IMG/VR virus record: IMGVR_UViG_2534682158_000014
Length of the DNA stretch: 38,748 nucleotides
Strand: one strand, 5' to 3'
Origin: a virus
Lineage: Duplodnaviria; Heunggongvirae; Uroviricota; Caudoviricetes
Below, in pieces: positions 8,563 to 17,219 of this stretch (the stretch's first letter is position 1; the number at the start of each line of letters is the position of its first letter). The notes beneath the pieces are model-generated. The model did not search any database. It worked only from the letters and a program-made list of their open reading frames with translations, and was not told where the DNA came from. A program made the position numbers and the translations under genes.

Positions 8563-9558
8563 GTGACCGTGAGAGCACTACTGACCCCTGAAATTGCCCC
8601 GCGTATGGGGATCGTATTGTTCAGACCAGGTTCAGAGCTGATGCCCCTGTTTATGCAGGGGCGTGTCCTGCTGGAGCCTGAGCCGGAACGTTATTCATCT
8701 TTCGCCAGTGGTGCCGTTCCGGCAGCATCACAACCGCTGGCGGATGATCCTGCCGTTCGGGCCGTGTTCCGCAATGAGGCAGTGATCCGTCGTGCTGGTG
8801 GAGTGGAATGTCTTGAAAGCTGGTTACTTCGTGAAAAAGGCTGCCAGTGGCCTCATTCCGACTGGCACAGCGAGAACATGACCACAATGCGACACGCGCC
8901 GGGCGCAATCCGTCTGTGCTGGCACTGCGATAACCAGCTGCGCGATCAGTTCACGGAACGGCTGGAATCAATGGCAACGGATAACTGTGCTCGCTGGGTG
9001 TTGTCTGTCGTGCGTCGGGATCTCGGTTTTGATGATAGTCACGTTGTGACAATGCCGGAACTGTGCTGGTGGCTGGTTCGTAATGACCTGGCGGATGCCT
9101 TACCGGAAAGTGCAGCCCGTAAGGCTCTGAGATTACCGAAGCCTGTTGTGCCGTCTGTCACCCGGGAAAGTGACCTTGTGCCTTTGGTTCCTGCCACCAG
9201 CATCATCCAGGATAAAGCGAAAAAGGTGCTGGCGCTGAAAGTGGATCCGGAGTCGCCGGAGTCTTTTATGTTACGCCCGAAACGTCGCCGCTGGGTTAAT
9301 GAAAAGTACACGCGCTGGGTTAAGACGCAGCCGTGCGCATGTTGTGGAAAGCCTGCTGATGATCCCCACCACCTGATAGGCCACGGTCAGGGTGGAATGG
9401 GTACAAAAGCGCATGACCTCTTTGTGTTGCCTTTGTGCAGAAAGCATCACGACGAGCTGCATGCGGATACCGTGGCATTTGAAGAGAAGTATGGCTCCCA
9501 GCTGGAGCTGATATTTCGTTTTATCGATCGTGCGCTGGCAATTGGCGTACTGGCCTGA
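8563..9558 (+). CDS. DUF968-family protein (nin-region type, Cys/His-rich C-terminus)
   Basis: C-terminal 'CACCGKPADDPHHLIGHGQGGMGTKAHDLFVLPLCRKHHDELH'. GTG start is uncertain. Confidence 0.55.
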   Translation: MTVRALLTPEIAPRMGIVLFRPGSELMPLFMQGRVLLEPEPERYSSFASGAVPAASQPLADDPAVRAVFRNEAVIRRAGGVECLESWLLREKGCQWPHSDWHSENMTTMRHAPGAIRLCWHCDNQLRDQFTERLESMATDNCARWVLSVVRRDLGFDDSHVVTMPELCWWLVRNDLADALPESAARKALRLPKPVVPSVTRESDLVPLVPATSIIQDKAKKVLALKVDPESPESFMLRPKRRRWVNEKYTRWVKTQPCACCGKPADDPHHLIGHGQGGMGTKAHDLFVLPLCRKHHDELHADTVAFEEKYGSQLELIFRFIDRALAIGVLA

Positions 9559-9575
9559 TTTTGTGGAGAAAGGTG

Positions 9576-9941
9576 ATGCGTGATATTCAGATGATACTTG
9601 AACGTTGGGGAGCATGGGCTGCGAGTGATAACTCTGGTGTTGATTATTCACCTATAGCTGCTGGGTTTAAGGGACTTCTTCCCTATACCAGCAAGAAACG
9701 CTTGGCTTGTTCGGATAGTGATGCATTAATTATTGAAGGTTGTCTTGCTCGTCTAAAGCAAAAAAGACCTTATGAGCATTCGCTTCTTGTGGCACATTAT
9801 TTATACAGAATATCCAAGCGTAAGATTGCAAAGGCGCGTGGAAAGGATGAGAAATTGATACGTATAGAAATACAGCTAGCCGAAGGATTTATTGATGGCT
9901 GCCTTTCCATGCTAGATCTAACATTAGATTTGGACGTTTAA
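9576..9941 (+). CDS. Late-gene antiterminator Q-like protein
   Basis: Size, position immediately upstream of the late promoter/terminator and lysis genes, and sequence flavour of small Q-family proteins. ATG at 9576 is preceded by 'GGAGAAAGG'. Confidence 0.6.
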   Translation: MRDIQMILERWGAWAASDNSGVDYSPIAAGFKGLLPYTSKKRLACSDSDALIIEGCLARLKQKRPYEHSLLVAHYLYRISKRKIAKARGKDEKLIRIEIQLAEGFIDGCLSMLDLTLDLDV

Positions 9942-9944
9942 TAA

Positions 9945-9969
9945 AATACGCCCCATGCAGGGGCGTATT
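9945..9969. terminator. Bidirectional intrinsic terminator between Q (+) and the KAP NTPase gene (-)
   Basis: Perfect 10-bp stem 'aatacgcccc-atgca-ggggcgtatt', with A/T runs on both sides. Confidence 0.65.
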
Positions 9970-9971
9970 AT

Positions 9972-11303
9972 TTACTGAATGAATGACATTTGATTGATAT
10001 ATTTTATCAATAACTCTCTGGGTGTAGTACTACAAAAATTTAGGTGGTCATAATCAGTATAAACATTTGTGAATTTTTTAAGTTCTTCATCACTTTTAGG
10101 GGCAAATCGCGCATTAAGAGTAATGCTGTCTTTAATTATTCCGAAGAATACAATAGATATTTCAGGAATTTGCGTTCTTCTCTCATAAGAATAAGGTATT
10201 TCTTTTATGTTAAGCAGGTCTGCTAAATGAGATATAGATTCAGCGGTAATTTCTTGTTTTATTTTTTTCTTGTCACCAAAGCAATGTATGAAGACAGCTA
10301 CGACAAAGATCCTATTTATTAAAGGAGCACTGCTTTTGTACTCCTCGTCGTTTAACAGTTGAAAAATGTTAAGATTGCGTGAAAAAGTTTGTGTTTCACG
10401 TAAGGATAAGTTGGTTCGTTGAATTAAATCACGGATAAATCTACCAGATAAACTATTAATTTCATTTAGTGATTTTGTCTTGTCTACAAGGTAATTCCAA
10501 TATATAACAGATGTTTTACATACGACGTGACCTTTTATTAAACATGTGTCTGGAAGCGTGATGGTATATTTAATAAACTTGTCAAGATACTTTTGTGAGT
10601 TAATACTATAACCATAAATATGATTTATCGATGCTTTTAATTGTTCTGTGTTTGTAACTAAAATAAAAAAGACATTATTGATGTCAAAAATGTGTTTTAT
10701 TGTTTCAATGACATTTGTTGAAAAACTCGGCTTACATCGGTCTAATTCATCAATTATAATTACTATCTTTTGGTTTTCTGAAATACTTTCGATGCAAGAT
10801 TTAAGTGAATTTATGTTTTTCTCTGATTCCATATGGTCTTCAAGCAAATTTTCAATAGTCCCATCTATTGCTGCATTGCTTGCTTTCTTCATAGCATCTT
10901 GGAATTCTTCGGCAACTTCACTAGCCTCCTGTCGTAAAAACCAACCTGCACCAGCTTTTAGTACCGTTTTTAAACCAAATCGAATTGCAGGAAGGGATCT
11001 CTTAATGAAGTGTTGTTTTTCTTCCTCAGGCAAAATGCTAGCAATTGCAGAGGTTATGAGAAGTAATGGAGATTCTGCATGATCCCCTTTAAAGGCATCA
11101 ATATAAACAACTTTAGATTCGGTTTCTTGCTCAATAATGAGATTTTTCAGTTTGATACTAAATTCTGTTTTCCCTGTTCCCCATGCGCCGTCTATTACCA
11201 GTGGTGAAATGTCTGCCTCTGGTTTTAGCAACTTGATGATATTTTCAGCGATGTTTCTTCGTTGGAACTCGTCACGTTCAGTGAAAGATAGTGTATCTAA
11301 CAT
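9972..11303 (-). CDS. KAP-family P-loop NTPase, 443 aa, AT-rich accessory gene
   Basis: Walker A 'VIDGAWGTGKTEF' and Walker B 'IVIIIDELDRC'. Strongly AT-rich and oriented against the flanking late genes. Confidence 0.8.
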   Translation of the reverse strand: MLDTLSFTERDEFQRRNIAENIIKLLKPEADISPLVIDGAWGTGKTEFSIKLKNLIIEQETESKVVYIDAFKGDHAESPLLLITSAIASILPEEEKQHFIKRSLPAIRFGLKTVLKAGAGWFLRQEASEVAEEFQDAMKKASNAAIDGTIENLLEDHMESEKNINSLKSCIESISENQKIVIIIDELDRCKPSFSTNVIETIKHIFDINNVFFILVTNTEQLKASINHIYGYSINSQKYLDKFIKYTITLPDTCLIKGHVVCKTSVIYWNYLVDKTKSLNEINSLSGRFIRDLIQRTNLSLRETQTFSRNLNIFQLLNDEEYKSSAPLINRIFVVAVFIHCFGDKKKIKQEITAESISHLADLLNIKEIPYSYERRTQIPEISIVFFGIIKDSITLNARFAPKSDEELKKFTNVYTDYDHLNFCSTTPRELLIKYINQMSFIQ

Positions 11304-11428
11304 AATATAAACCTGTTAACTCCTACAGTAAAAAACGAATAATACGACTTTGGGATTAAAAATCATTAACGCGGTCCGCAAAAATTCTTGTAATCTGTTA
11401 AGAGTGGTTACTTCGCCACACAGCTTAA

Positions 11429-11456
11429 ACCCGCCGTCGAGCGGGTTTTGTCGTTT
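11429..11456 (+). terminator. tR'-like terminator of the late leader transcript (putative pR' just upstream)
   Basis: 'acccgc-cgtcga-gcgggt' followed by 'tttgtcgttt', about 150 nt upstream of the holin gene. Confidence 0.55.
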
Positions 11457-11600
11457 CTGTGGCTGGGGATTCGTTGGGCCTGGCCTATCCCGCAGTTATC
11501 CTTTGACTCGGCTTCTTTGACGTTTCCGCTTCTGATTTGCGGAACATGATGTTTCCTCAATTTGCACCTGCTGTATCAGCGAGGTGAGAGATAACTACAA

Positions 11601-11936
11601 ATGCCTCATAACCCAAATACCTGGCCGGACTGGCTGGAGTTGTTTCAGAGCTGGTGGCGTGGAGACACACCGCTGGGCGCAGTGATTATGTCGATCGTTA
11701 TGGCTGGCTTGCGCATTGCCTATTTTGGCGGTGGTGGTGGCTGGAAGCGAAAAACGCTCGAGATTTTGCTCTGTGGTGCTCTGACGCTGACATTTGCATC
11801 CGCTCTTGAGTATGTCGGATGGCCTAAATCACTTTCTGTTGCCATTGGTGGTGGTGTTGGGCTGATCGGTGTCGATGCTATTCGTGGGGCAGCAATGCGA
11901 GTAATCGGTAACAAATTTGGTAGCTCGAAGGAGTAA
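11601..11936 (+). CDS. Putative holin (three predicted TM segments)
   Basis: Three hydrophobic stretches and a charged C-terminus. Immediately precedes the endolysin. Confidence 0.6.
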   Translation: MPHNPNTWPDWLELFQSWWRGDTPLGAVIMSIVMAGLRIAYFGGGGGWKRKTLEILLCGALTLTFASALEYVGWPKSLSVAIGGGVGLIGVDAIRGAAMRVIGNKFGSSKE

Positions 11937-11939
11937 TTT

Positions 11940-12416
11940 ATGCAGGCACTAAATTCCCAGCGTAAAGCTTTCCTTGATATGGTGGCATGGTCAGAGGGAA
12001 CGGATAACGGGCGACAACCGACACATAACCACGGTTATGACGTTATTGTTGGTGGTGAACTATTCACTGATTACTCCGATCACCCTCGCAAACTTGTCAC
12101 GCTAAATCCGAAACTCAAGTCAACAGCTGCAGGCCGTTATCAACTTCTTTCCCGTTGGTGGGATGCCTACCGCAAGCAGCTTGGCCTGAAAGACTTCTCT
12201 CCCAAAAGCCAGGATGCTGTGGCATTGCAGCAGATTAAAGAGCGTGGCGCTTTACCGATGATTGATCGCGGTGATATCCGTCAGGCTATCGATCGTTGCA
12301 GCAATATCTGGGCGTCGTTACCTGGTGCAGGTTACGGTCAGTATGAACATAAAATCAGTGACCTGATTTCCCGGTTTAAAGAGGCAGGTGGGGTGGTAAA
12401 TGAAGTTGAGCTATAA
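11940..12416 (+). CDS. R: Endolysin, lambda R-type lytic transglycosylase
   Basis: 'NSQRKAFLDMVAWSEGTDNGRQPTHNHGYDVIVGGELFTDYSDHPRKLVTLNPKLKSTAAGRYQLLSRWWDAYRKQLGL' closely matches my recollection of lambda R. Confidence 0.9.
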   Translation: MQALNSQRKAFLDMVAWSEGTDNGRQPTHNHGYDVIVGGELFTDYSDHPRKLVTLNPKLKSTAAGRYQLLSRWWDAYRKQLGLKDFSPKSQDAVALQQIKERGALPMIDRGDIRQAIDRCSNIWASLPGAGYGQYEHKISDLISRFKEAGGVVNEVEL

Positions 12417-12792
12417 GCTGGTTATCGCTGCATTCTTCTTTACTGTCATTGGTTCTTTCATCTGGTCTGCCAACCACTACTACAGCAAATATCAGCACGA
12501 AAAGAAACGTGCTGATGAGGCTGTACAAAATGCTGAATCTGCAACAGCCATTACCCGTAACGTCCTGCAATCACTGCAACTCGTCAATACAGTTATAGAG
12601 GTTAACCAGCATGCAAAACAGCAGATCGCACTGGAGTCACAGAGAACCCAGAAAGATATCAAAGTGGCTGTTGCGGATGATGATTGTGCTGCAGGCCTTG
12701 TGCCTGCTGCCGCTGCTGAGCGGTTGCGGAAGTACGCGAACAGTTTACGTGAGCATTCCGGTGGTTCCGTTACCAGCCACCCTGACGGCTGA
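12400..12792 (+). CDS. Rz-like i-spanin
   Basis: N-terminal TM 'LVIAAFFFTVIGSFIW', coiled-coil-like body. Overlaps the endolysin stop. Confidence 0.65.
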   Translation: MKLSYKLVIAAFFFTVIGSFIWSANHYYSKYQHEKKRADEAVQNAESATAITRNVLQSLQLVNTVIEVNQHAKQQIALESQRTQKDIKVAVADDDCAAGLVPAAAAERLRKYANSLREHSGGSVTSHPDG

Positions 12793-12934
12793 AACGCCTT
12801 ATCCTGACATTCCGGATAATATGACATGGGGTAATAGTCTTAATTTAAATGTCAGTCTGCTATCGGCACTTGGCCAGTGCAATCGGGATAAGGCTGATAT
12901 CAGGCAGGCTGAGAAAAAAAGAGCGGGCTTCTAA
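12677..12934 (+). CDS. Rz1-like o-spanin lipoprotein (starts inside Rz in the +1 frame)
   Basis: 'MMIVLQALCLLPLLSGCGS' contains a lipobox (LLSGC). Pro-rich mature part. Unlike lambda Rz1, it extends past the Rz stop. Confidence 0.55.
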   Translation: MMIVLQALCLLPLLSGCGSTRTVYVSIPVVPLPATLTAETPYPDIPDNMTWGNSLNLNVSLLSALGQCNRDKADIRQAEKKRAGF

Positions 12935-12940
12935 GCCCGC
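12913..12940 (-). terminator. Intrinsic terminator for the minus-strand accessory operon (13601..14149 then 12962..13522)
   Basis: Minus-strand 'gcgggctt-ag-aagcccgc' followed by 'tcttttttt', immediately after the stop at 12962. Confidence 0.65.
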
Positions 12941-12961
12941 ATTATGGTGAATATTATGATT

Positions 12962-13522
12962 TTAAAGTACCCACCAGCGGATCGATTCCGTGGGTATGGT
13001 TGCAGCCTCGACTTGATGAACAATTCCCAACTCGGAGGCCCTTCCGGGATGAAGGATGGTTGCCGAAGTGATCAAATCCTTCCAATCAGCAATCTCACTT
13101 GGATTTTTCTTTTTTGTTTCAATATCCATGATTTGAATAAATCGATTTAGATCGTCATCGAGGCATGAAGCCCATTCTCTCAATCGTAGGTGATCTTCGC
13201 TGGGTGCGGCGAACCCCCAATGCAGTGGGTGAAGAAGGAAGCGAGAAAGTGGGTTGGCAGTTCGCACTTCTCCAGCCATATAGATCACGTTTGCGATTGA
13301 TTCAACATTACTGAGGTTATGCGTAGTAACCTTTACACCAAGTGACTTTAAAAAATTGTAAGCAGTAAAGCCTGAAACTGTATCTCCACCTTTGCTGGAA
13401 ATATAGAGCTTAATTTCTGTTGCTGGTTGATTAGTATTTGAAACTGCTTTTAAGCAGACATCCATCAGATTAGTTACAGAGGCAACTGTAACATCTGTCA
13501 AAAAATGTACCGTATGGATCAT
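12962..13522 (-). CDS. ClpP-fold (S14-like) serine peptidase homologue, 186 aa
   Basis: 'EIKLYISSKGGDTVSGFTAYNFLKSLGVKV...SNVESIANVIYMAGE...FLLHPLHWGF' aligns by eye to ClpP '[23 protein letters not shown]...GQAASMGAFLLTAG...MIHQPLGGY', with candidate Ser and His retained. Preceded by 'GAGGAG' on the minus strand. Confidence 0.55.
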   Translation of the reverse strand: MIHTVHFLTDVTVASVTNLMDVCLKAVSNTNQPATEIKLYISSKGGDTVSGFTAYNFLKSLGVKVTTHNLSNVESIANVIYMAGEVRTANPLSRFLLHPLHWGFAAPSEDHLRLREWASCLDDDLNRFIQIMDIETKKKNPSEIADWKDLITSATILHPGRASELGIVHQVEAATIPTESIRWWVL

Positions 13523-13600
13523 TTTTACTCCTCAATGGCAGGTCGCTAATGCAACAGGAAATGCAAATAATCGAATGTTATTAGAGCATCAAAGTAGAGC

Positions 13601-14149
13601 CTAGCTCTGTGGCGTGCTTAAGCATTTTGCTTCGTAATGTACCCTCATGGAAAACATAGCGAATAACATAATGAGCTTATCGCGTAAGCTTGTAGAGGAT
13701 CCCGTGAAACTTACAACCCTAGTTTCTGCTCCGTAAACCCCAAGCTTAAAATCTCTAATGGGGGTCAAGCTATCAGGGTAACCGTGCTCCATTAGACTTG
13801 TTAAGGAGTCAATCTCACTGTTAGTGATGTCAGAGTTGTTAATTTGATGTGAACGTTTGTTTCTGAAGTTGTTGAACCTTCGAATAAATTTGTTTAGCTC
13901 TGAGCTCATCCCATAGTTCATCGCAAGCTGAGCTTTAATGGCAAAATCCATGTTGATATTTTCGCCAAAACCGCTGAAGAAATCCCTGTTACCAGAGGCA
14001 CAGATAATCCAAGCTTCCAAGATTTGTTCAATCAAAAGGTGAGTGCGGAGATAGATACCAATGTCATCTTGGGACCGAACTATAGTCATTATTCTATCGG
14101 GTTGATGGGATGCTAAAGTCAACTCTTCAAAATGAGTAAAATCAAACAT
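13601..14149 (-). CDS. Hypothetical protein, 182 aa, with an R-x4-H motif (possible HEPN-like); first gene of the two-gene cassette
   Basis: 'FRNKRSHQ' fits R-x4-H. AT-rich. 'AAGGA' Shine-Dalgarno. No other recognisable domain. Confidence 0.5.
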   Translation of the reverse strand: MFDFTHFEELTLASHQPDRIMTIVRSQDDIGIYLRTHLLIEQILEAWIICASGNRDFFSGFGENINMDFAIKAQLAMNYGMSSELNKFIRRFNNFRNKRSHQINNSDITNSEIDSLTSLMEHGYPDSLTPIRDFKLGVYGAETRVVSFTGSSTSLRDKLIMLFAMFSMRVHYEAKCLSTPQS

Positions 14150-14324
14150 ATTGATTCCTTGTAGAGGCTATTTTGTTGCTAATATCTTGTAAATTTGAAC
14201 GTTTACTATCGATTTGTCTAACAAAAAAATCCTGAGGTTTTTATGGCAAAACCGTAGTGGAATACGCTTCGATTCTGAAAAGGATGCCACATATCGCACG
14301 TGAACCAACCAAGAGTATTATGCA

Positions 14325-14675
14325 ATGCCCTCACGAACCCCAAAAGCCTGCCGTGTTCGCGGCTGCCGCTCTACAACCACAGACCCTTCAGGCTACTGCG
14401 AAAGCCACAAAAGCGAAGGCTGGAAGCAATACAAACCTGGACAATCCCGTCATCAGCGCGGCTACGGTTCGAAGTGGGACAGTATTCGCGCGCGTGTCCT
14501 GAAGCGTGACAAAGGCCTGTGTCAGTTATGTCTGCGTGCTGGTGTGGTGCGTGAGGCGAAGACCGTTGACCACATCATCCCTAAATCGCATGGCGGCACT
14601 GATGTCGACAGTAATCTGCAGAGTTTGTGCTGGCCGTGTCATAAGGCGAAGACGGCCCGTGAACGGTTGAAGTGA
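14325..14675 (+). CDS. HNH endonuclease (packaging-associated, adjacent to terminase)
   Basis: 'VDHIIPKSHGGTDVDSNLQSLCWPCHKAK' HNH motif plus an N-terminal Cys cluster. Confidence 0.85.
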   Translation: MPSRTPKACRVRGCRSTTTDPSGYCESHKSEGWKQYKPGQSRHQRGYGSKWDSIRARVLKRDKGLCQLCLRAGVVREAKTVDHIIPKSHGGTDVDSNLQSLCWPCHKAKTARERLK

Positions 14676-14702
14676 TAATAATTCTCAACTGCCTGAGGGG
14701 AG

Positions 14703-14761
14703 GGGCGGGTCAAATCCCTGCGGCCTGACGTCTTCCGGACTGCCCGCCCCATCGTTTTTTT
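14703..14761 (+). terminator. GC-rich long-range hairpin with T-run; candidate terminator and/or cos region between HNH and terminase small subunit
   Basis: 'ggggcggg' (14703-14710) pairs with 'cccgcccc' (14743-14750), followed by 'atcgttttttt'. Confidence 0.45.
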
Positions 14762-14800
14762 ATACCCGCGAAAAATGAAATTTAACCAGGAGTGCCGCAT

Positions 14801-15295
14801 ATGGCTGGAACGGCGGGGCGTTCCGGGCGTCGCCCCAAGCCAACGGCGCGCAAGGCGCTGGCCGGAAATCCCGGCAAGCGAGCCCTGAACAAAGATGAAC
14901 CTGTTTTTACGCCCATCAAAGGTGTTGAGCCACCGGAGTGGTTCGCTGAAGAAGATCTCCCTCTCGCCACGATCATGTGGCAACTGACAACCAAAGAACT
15001 CTGCGGTCAGGGCCTGCTGTGCGTGACTGACCTCGCGGTGCTTGAGCGGTGGTGCGTGGCCTACGAGTTCTGGCGACGTGCCGTGAAAAATATTGCCAGA
15101 CAGGGCAACACCATCACCGGTGCAATGGGCGGTATGGTCAAAAATCCGGAGCTGACCGCCAAAAAAGAACAGGAGTCCGAGATGAGCAGTACGGGGGCAA
15201 TGCTCGGACTCGACCCCAGCAGCCGCCAGCGTCTGATTGGCCTGGCGGGGAAGAAGAAAGCCACTAACCCGTTTCTGAAAATCATCGAATCATGA
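14801..15295 (+). CDS. Terminase small subunit (P27-family type)
   Basis: '[34 protein letters not shown]'. ATG at 14801 preceded by 'AGGAG'; the track start at 14792 is a GTG inside the Shine-Dalgarno. Confidence 0.8.
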   Translation: MAGTAGRSGRRPKPTARKALAGNPGKRALNKDEPVFTPIKGVEPPEWFAEEDLPLATIMWQLTTKELCGQGLLCVTDLAVLERWCVAYEFWRRAVKNIARQGNTITGAMGGMVKNPELTAKKEQESEMSSTGAMLGLDPSSRQRLIGLAGKKKATNPFLKIIES

Positions 15296-17025
15296 GCCGG
15301 AAATCTTACCCCAACGTAAATGCTGCCAATCAGTATGCCCGGGATGTCGTGCGCGGAAAGATTGTGGCCTGCCAGTTTGTGATTCAGGCCTGCCAGCGCC
15401 ATCTTGATGACCTGATGGCGGAAAAAAGTAAGTCGTTTCGTTACCGCTTCGACAAGGACCTGGCTGAACGGGCCGCCAAATTTATTCAGCTGTTGCCGCA
15501 CACCAAGGGTGAGTGGGCATTCAAGAGGATGCCCATCACGCTGGAGCCGTGGCAGCTCTTTGTGATCTGCTGCGCGTTTGGCTGGGTCAATAAAGGCTCC
15601 CGGCTGCGCCGCTTCCGGGAGGTGTATACCGAAATCCCCCGTAAGAACGGCAAATCAGCAATCTCTGCCGGTGTCGCCCTGTATTGTTTTGCCTGTGATA
15701 ACGAGTTCGGCGCGGAAGTGTATTCCGGTGCCACGACGGAGAAACAGGCATGGGAAGTCTTTCGTCCGGCAAGACTGATGTGTAAACGCACACCCATGCT
15801 GACGGAAGCGTTCGGGATTGAGGTTAACGCCTCAAACATGAACCGTCCGGAGGATGGCGCGCGGTTTGAACCGCTGATCGGTAACCCTGGTGATGGTTCA
15901 TCACCCCACTGTGCGGTGGTGGATGAATATCACGAGCACGCCACCGATGCGCTTTATACCACGATGCTTACCGGGATGGGGGCGCGACGTCAGCCACTGA
16001 TGTGGGCCATCACCACCGCCGGGTACAACATTGAGGGGCCGTGCTACGACAAGCGGCGGGAAGTTATCGAGATGCTCAACGGTTCGGTACCCAACGATGA
16101 ACTGTTCGGGATCATCTATACCGTTGATGAAGGTGACGACTGGACCGACCCGCAGGTGCTGGAAAAAGCCAATCCAAATATTGGCGTGTCGGTTTATCGC
16201 GAATTTTTGTTAAGTCAGCAGCAGCGTGCGAAAAATAACGCCCGTCTGGCAAACGTCTTTAAAACAAAACACCTCAATATCTGGGTGTCGGCGCGTTCGG
16301 CGTATTTCAACCTGGTGAGCTGGCAGAGCTGCGAGGATAAATCACTGTCCCTTGAGCAGTTCGAGGGGCAGCCGTGCATTCTGGCCTTTGACCTGGCGCG
16401 TAAACTGGATATGAACAGCATGGCGCGACTTTATACCCGCGAGATTGACGGTAAAACGCATTACTACAGTGTGGCCCCGCGTTTCTGGGTACCGTATGAC
16501 ACGGTGTACAGCGTCGAGAAAAATGAAGATCGACGGACAGCCGAACGCTTTCAGAAATGGGTGGAAATGGGCGTTCTGACCGTTACCGATGGTGCGGAGG
16601 TGGATTATCGCTACATCCTCGAGGAGGCCAAAGCGGCGAACAAAATCAGCCCGGTCAGTGAGTCACCCATCGACCCCTTCGGGGCGACCGGGTTGTCACA
16701 TGATCTTGCTGATGAAGACCTGAACCCCATCACTATCATTCAGAACTACACCAACATGTCCGACCCGATGAAAGAGCTGGAAGCGGCAATTGAATCGGGG
16801 CGCTTTCATCATGATGGCAATCCCATCATGACCTGGTGTATCGGCAACGTGGTCGGCAAAACCATTCCGGGTAACGATGATGTGGTGAAGCCCGTCAAAG
16901 AGCAGGCGGAAAACAAAATCGATGGTGCGGTTGCGCTGATTATGGCGGTTGGCAGAGCCATGCTGTACGAGAAAGAAGACACGCTGTCTGACCACATTGA
17001 GTCCTATGGGATCCGCTCGCTTTAA
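15292..17025 (+). CDS. Terminase large subunit
   Basis: 577 aa, with ATPase and nuclease regions typical of HK97-type TerL, directly downstream of TerS. Confidence 0.9.
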   Translation: MSRKSYPNVNAANQYARDVVRGKIVACQFVIQACQRHLDDLMAEKSKSFRYRFDKDLAERAAKFIQLLPHTKGEWAFKRMPITLEPWQLFVICCAFGWVNKGSRLRRFREVYTEIPRKNGKSAISAGVALYCFACDNEFGAEVYSGATTEKQAWEVFRPARLMCKRTPMLTEAFGIEVNASNMNRPEDGARFEPLIGNPGDGSSPHCAVVDEYHEHATDALYTTMLTGMGARRQPLMWAITTAGYNIEGPCYDKRREVIEMLNGSVPNDELFGIIYTVDEGDDWTDPQVLEKANPNIGVSVYREFLLSQQQRAKNNARLANVFKTKHLNIWVSARSAYFNLVSWQSCEDKSLSLEQFEGQPCILAFDLARKLDMNSMARLYTREIDGKTHYYSVAPRFWVPYDTVYSVEKNEDRRTAERFQKWVEMGVLTVTDGAEVDYRYILEEAKAANKISPVSESPIDPFGATGLSHDLADEDLNPITIIQNYTNMSDPMKELEAAIESGRFHHDGNPIMTWCIGNVVGKTIPGNDDVVKPVKEQAENKIDGAVALIMAVGRAMLYEKEDTLSDHIESYGIRSL

Positions 17026-17036
17026 CTGAGGTAATT

Positions 17037-17219
17037 ATGATCATGCTGATTCTCGCGCCTCTGGTGGGCGTGCTGGGGGCGCTTTTGCTGGCGTATGGTG
17101 CCTGGCTGATTTATCCCCCGGCGGGGTTTGTTGTTGCCGGGGCGTTGTGCCTGTTCTGGTCGTGGCTGGTGGCGCGATATCTCGACCGTACACAGCTGTC
17201 TGTTGGTGGAGGTAAATAG
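17037..17219 (+). CDS. Small hydrophobic protein, 60 aa
   Basis: Two predicted TM helices. Fills the gap between TerL and portal. Confidence 0.4.
   Translation: MIMLILAPLVGVLGALLLAYGAWLIYPPAGFVVAGALCLFWSWLVARYLDRTQLSVGGGK

Noticed and set aside
14257-14509. Track ORFs 14257..14502 and 14300..14509 upstream of or overlapping the HNH gene
   Set aside because: They are alternative frames over the HNH 5' region. The HNH frame carries the conserved motif and is the only credible reading.
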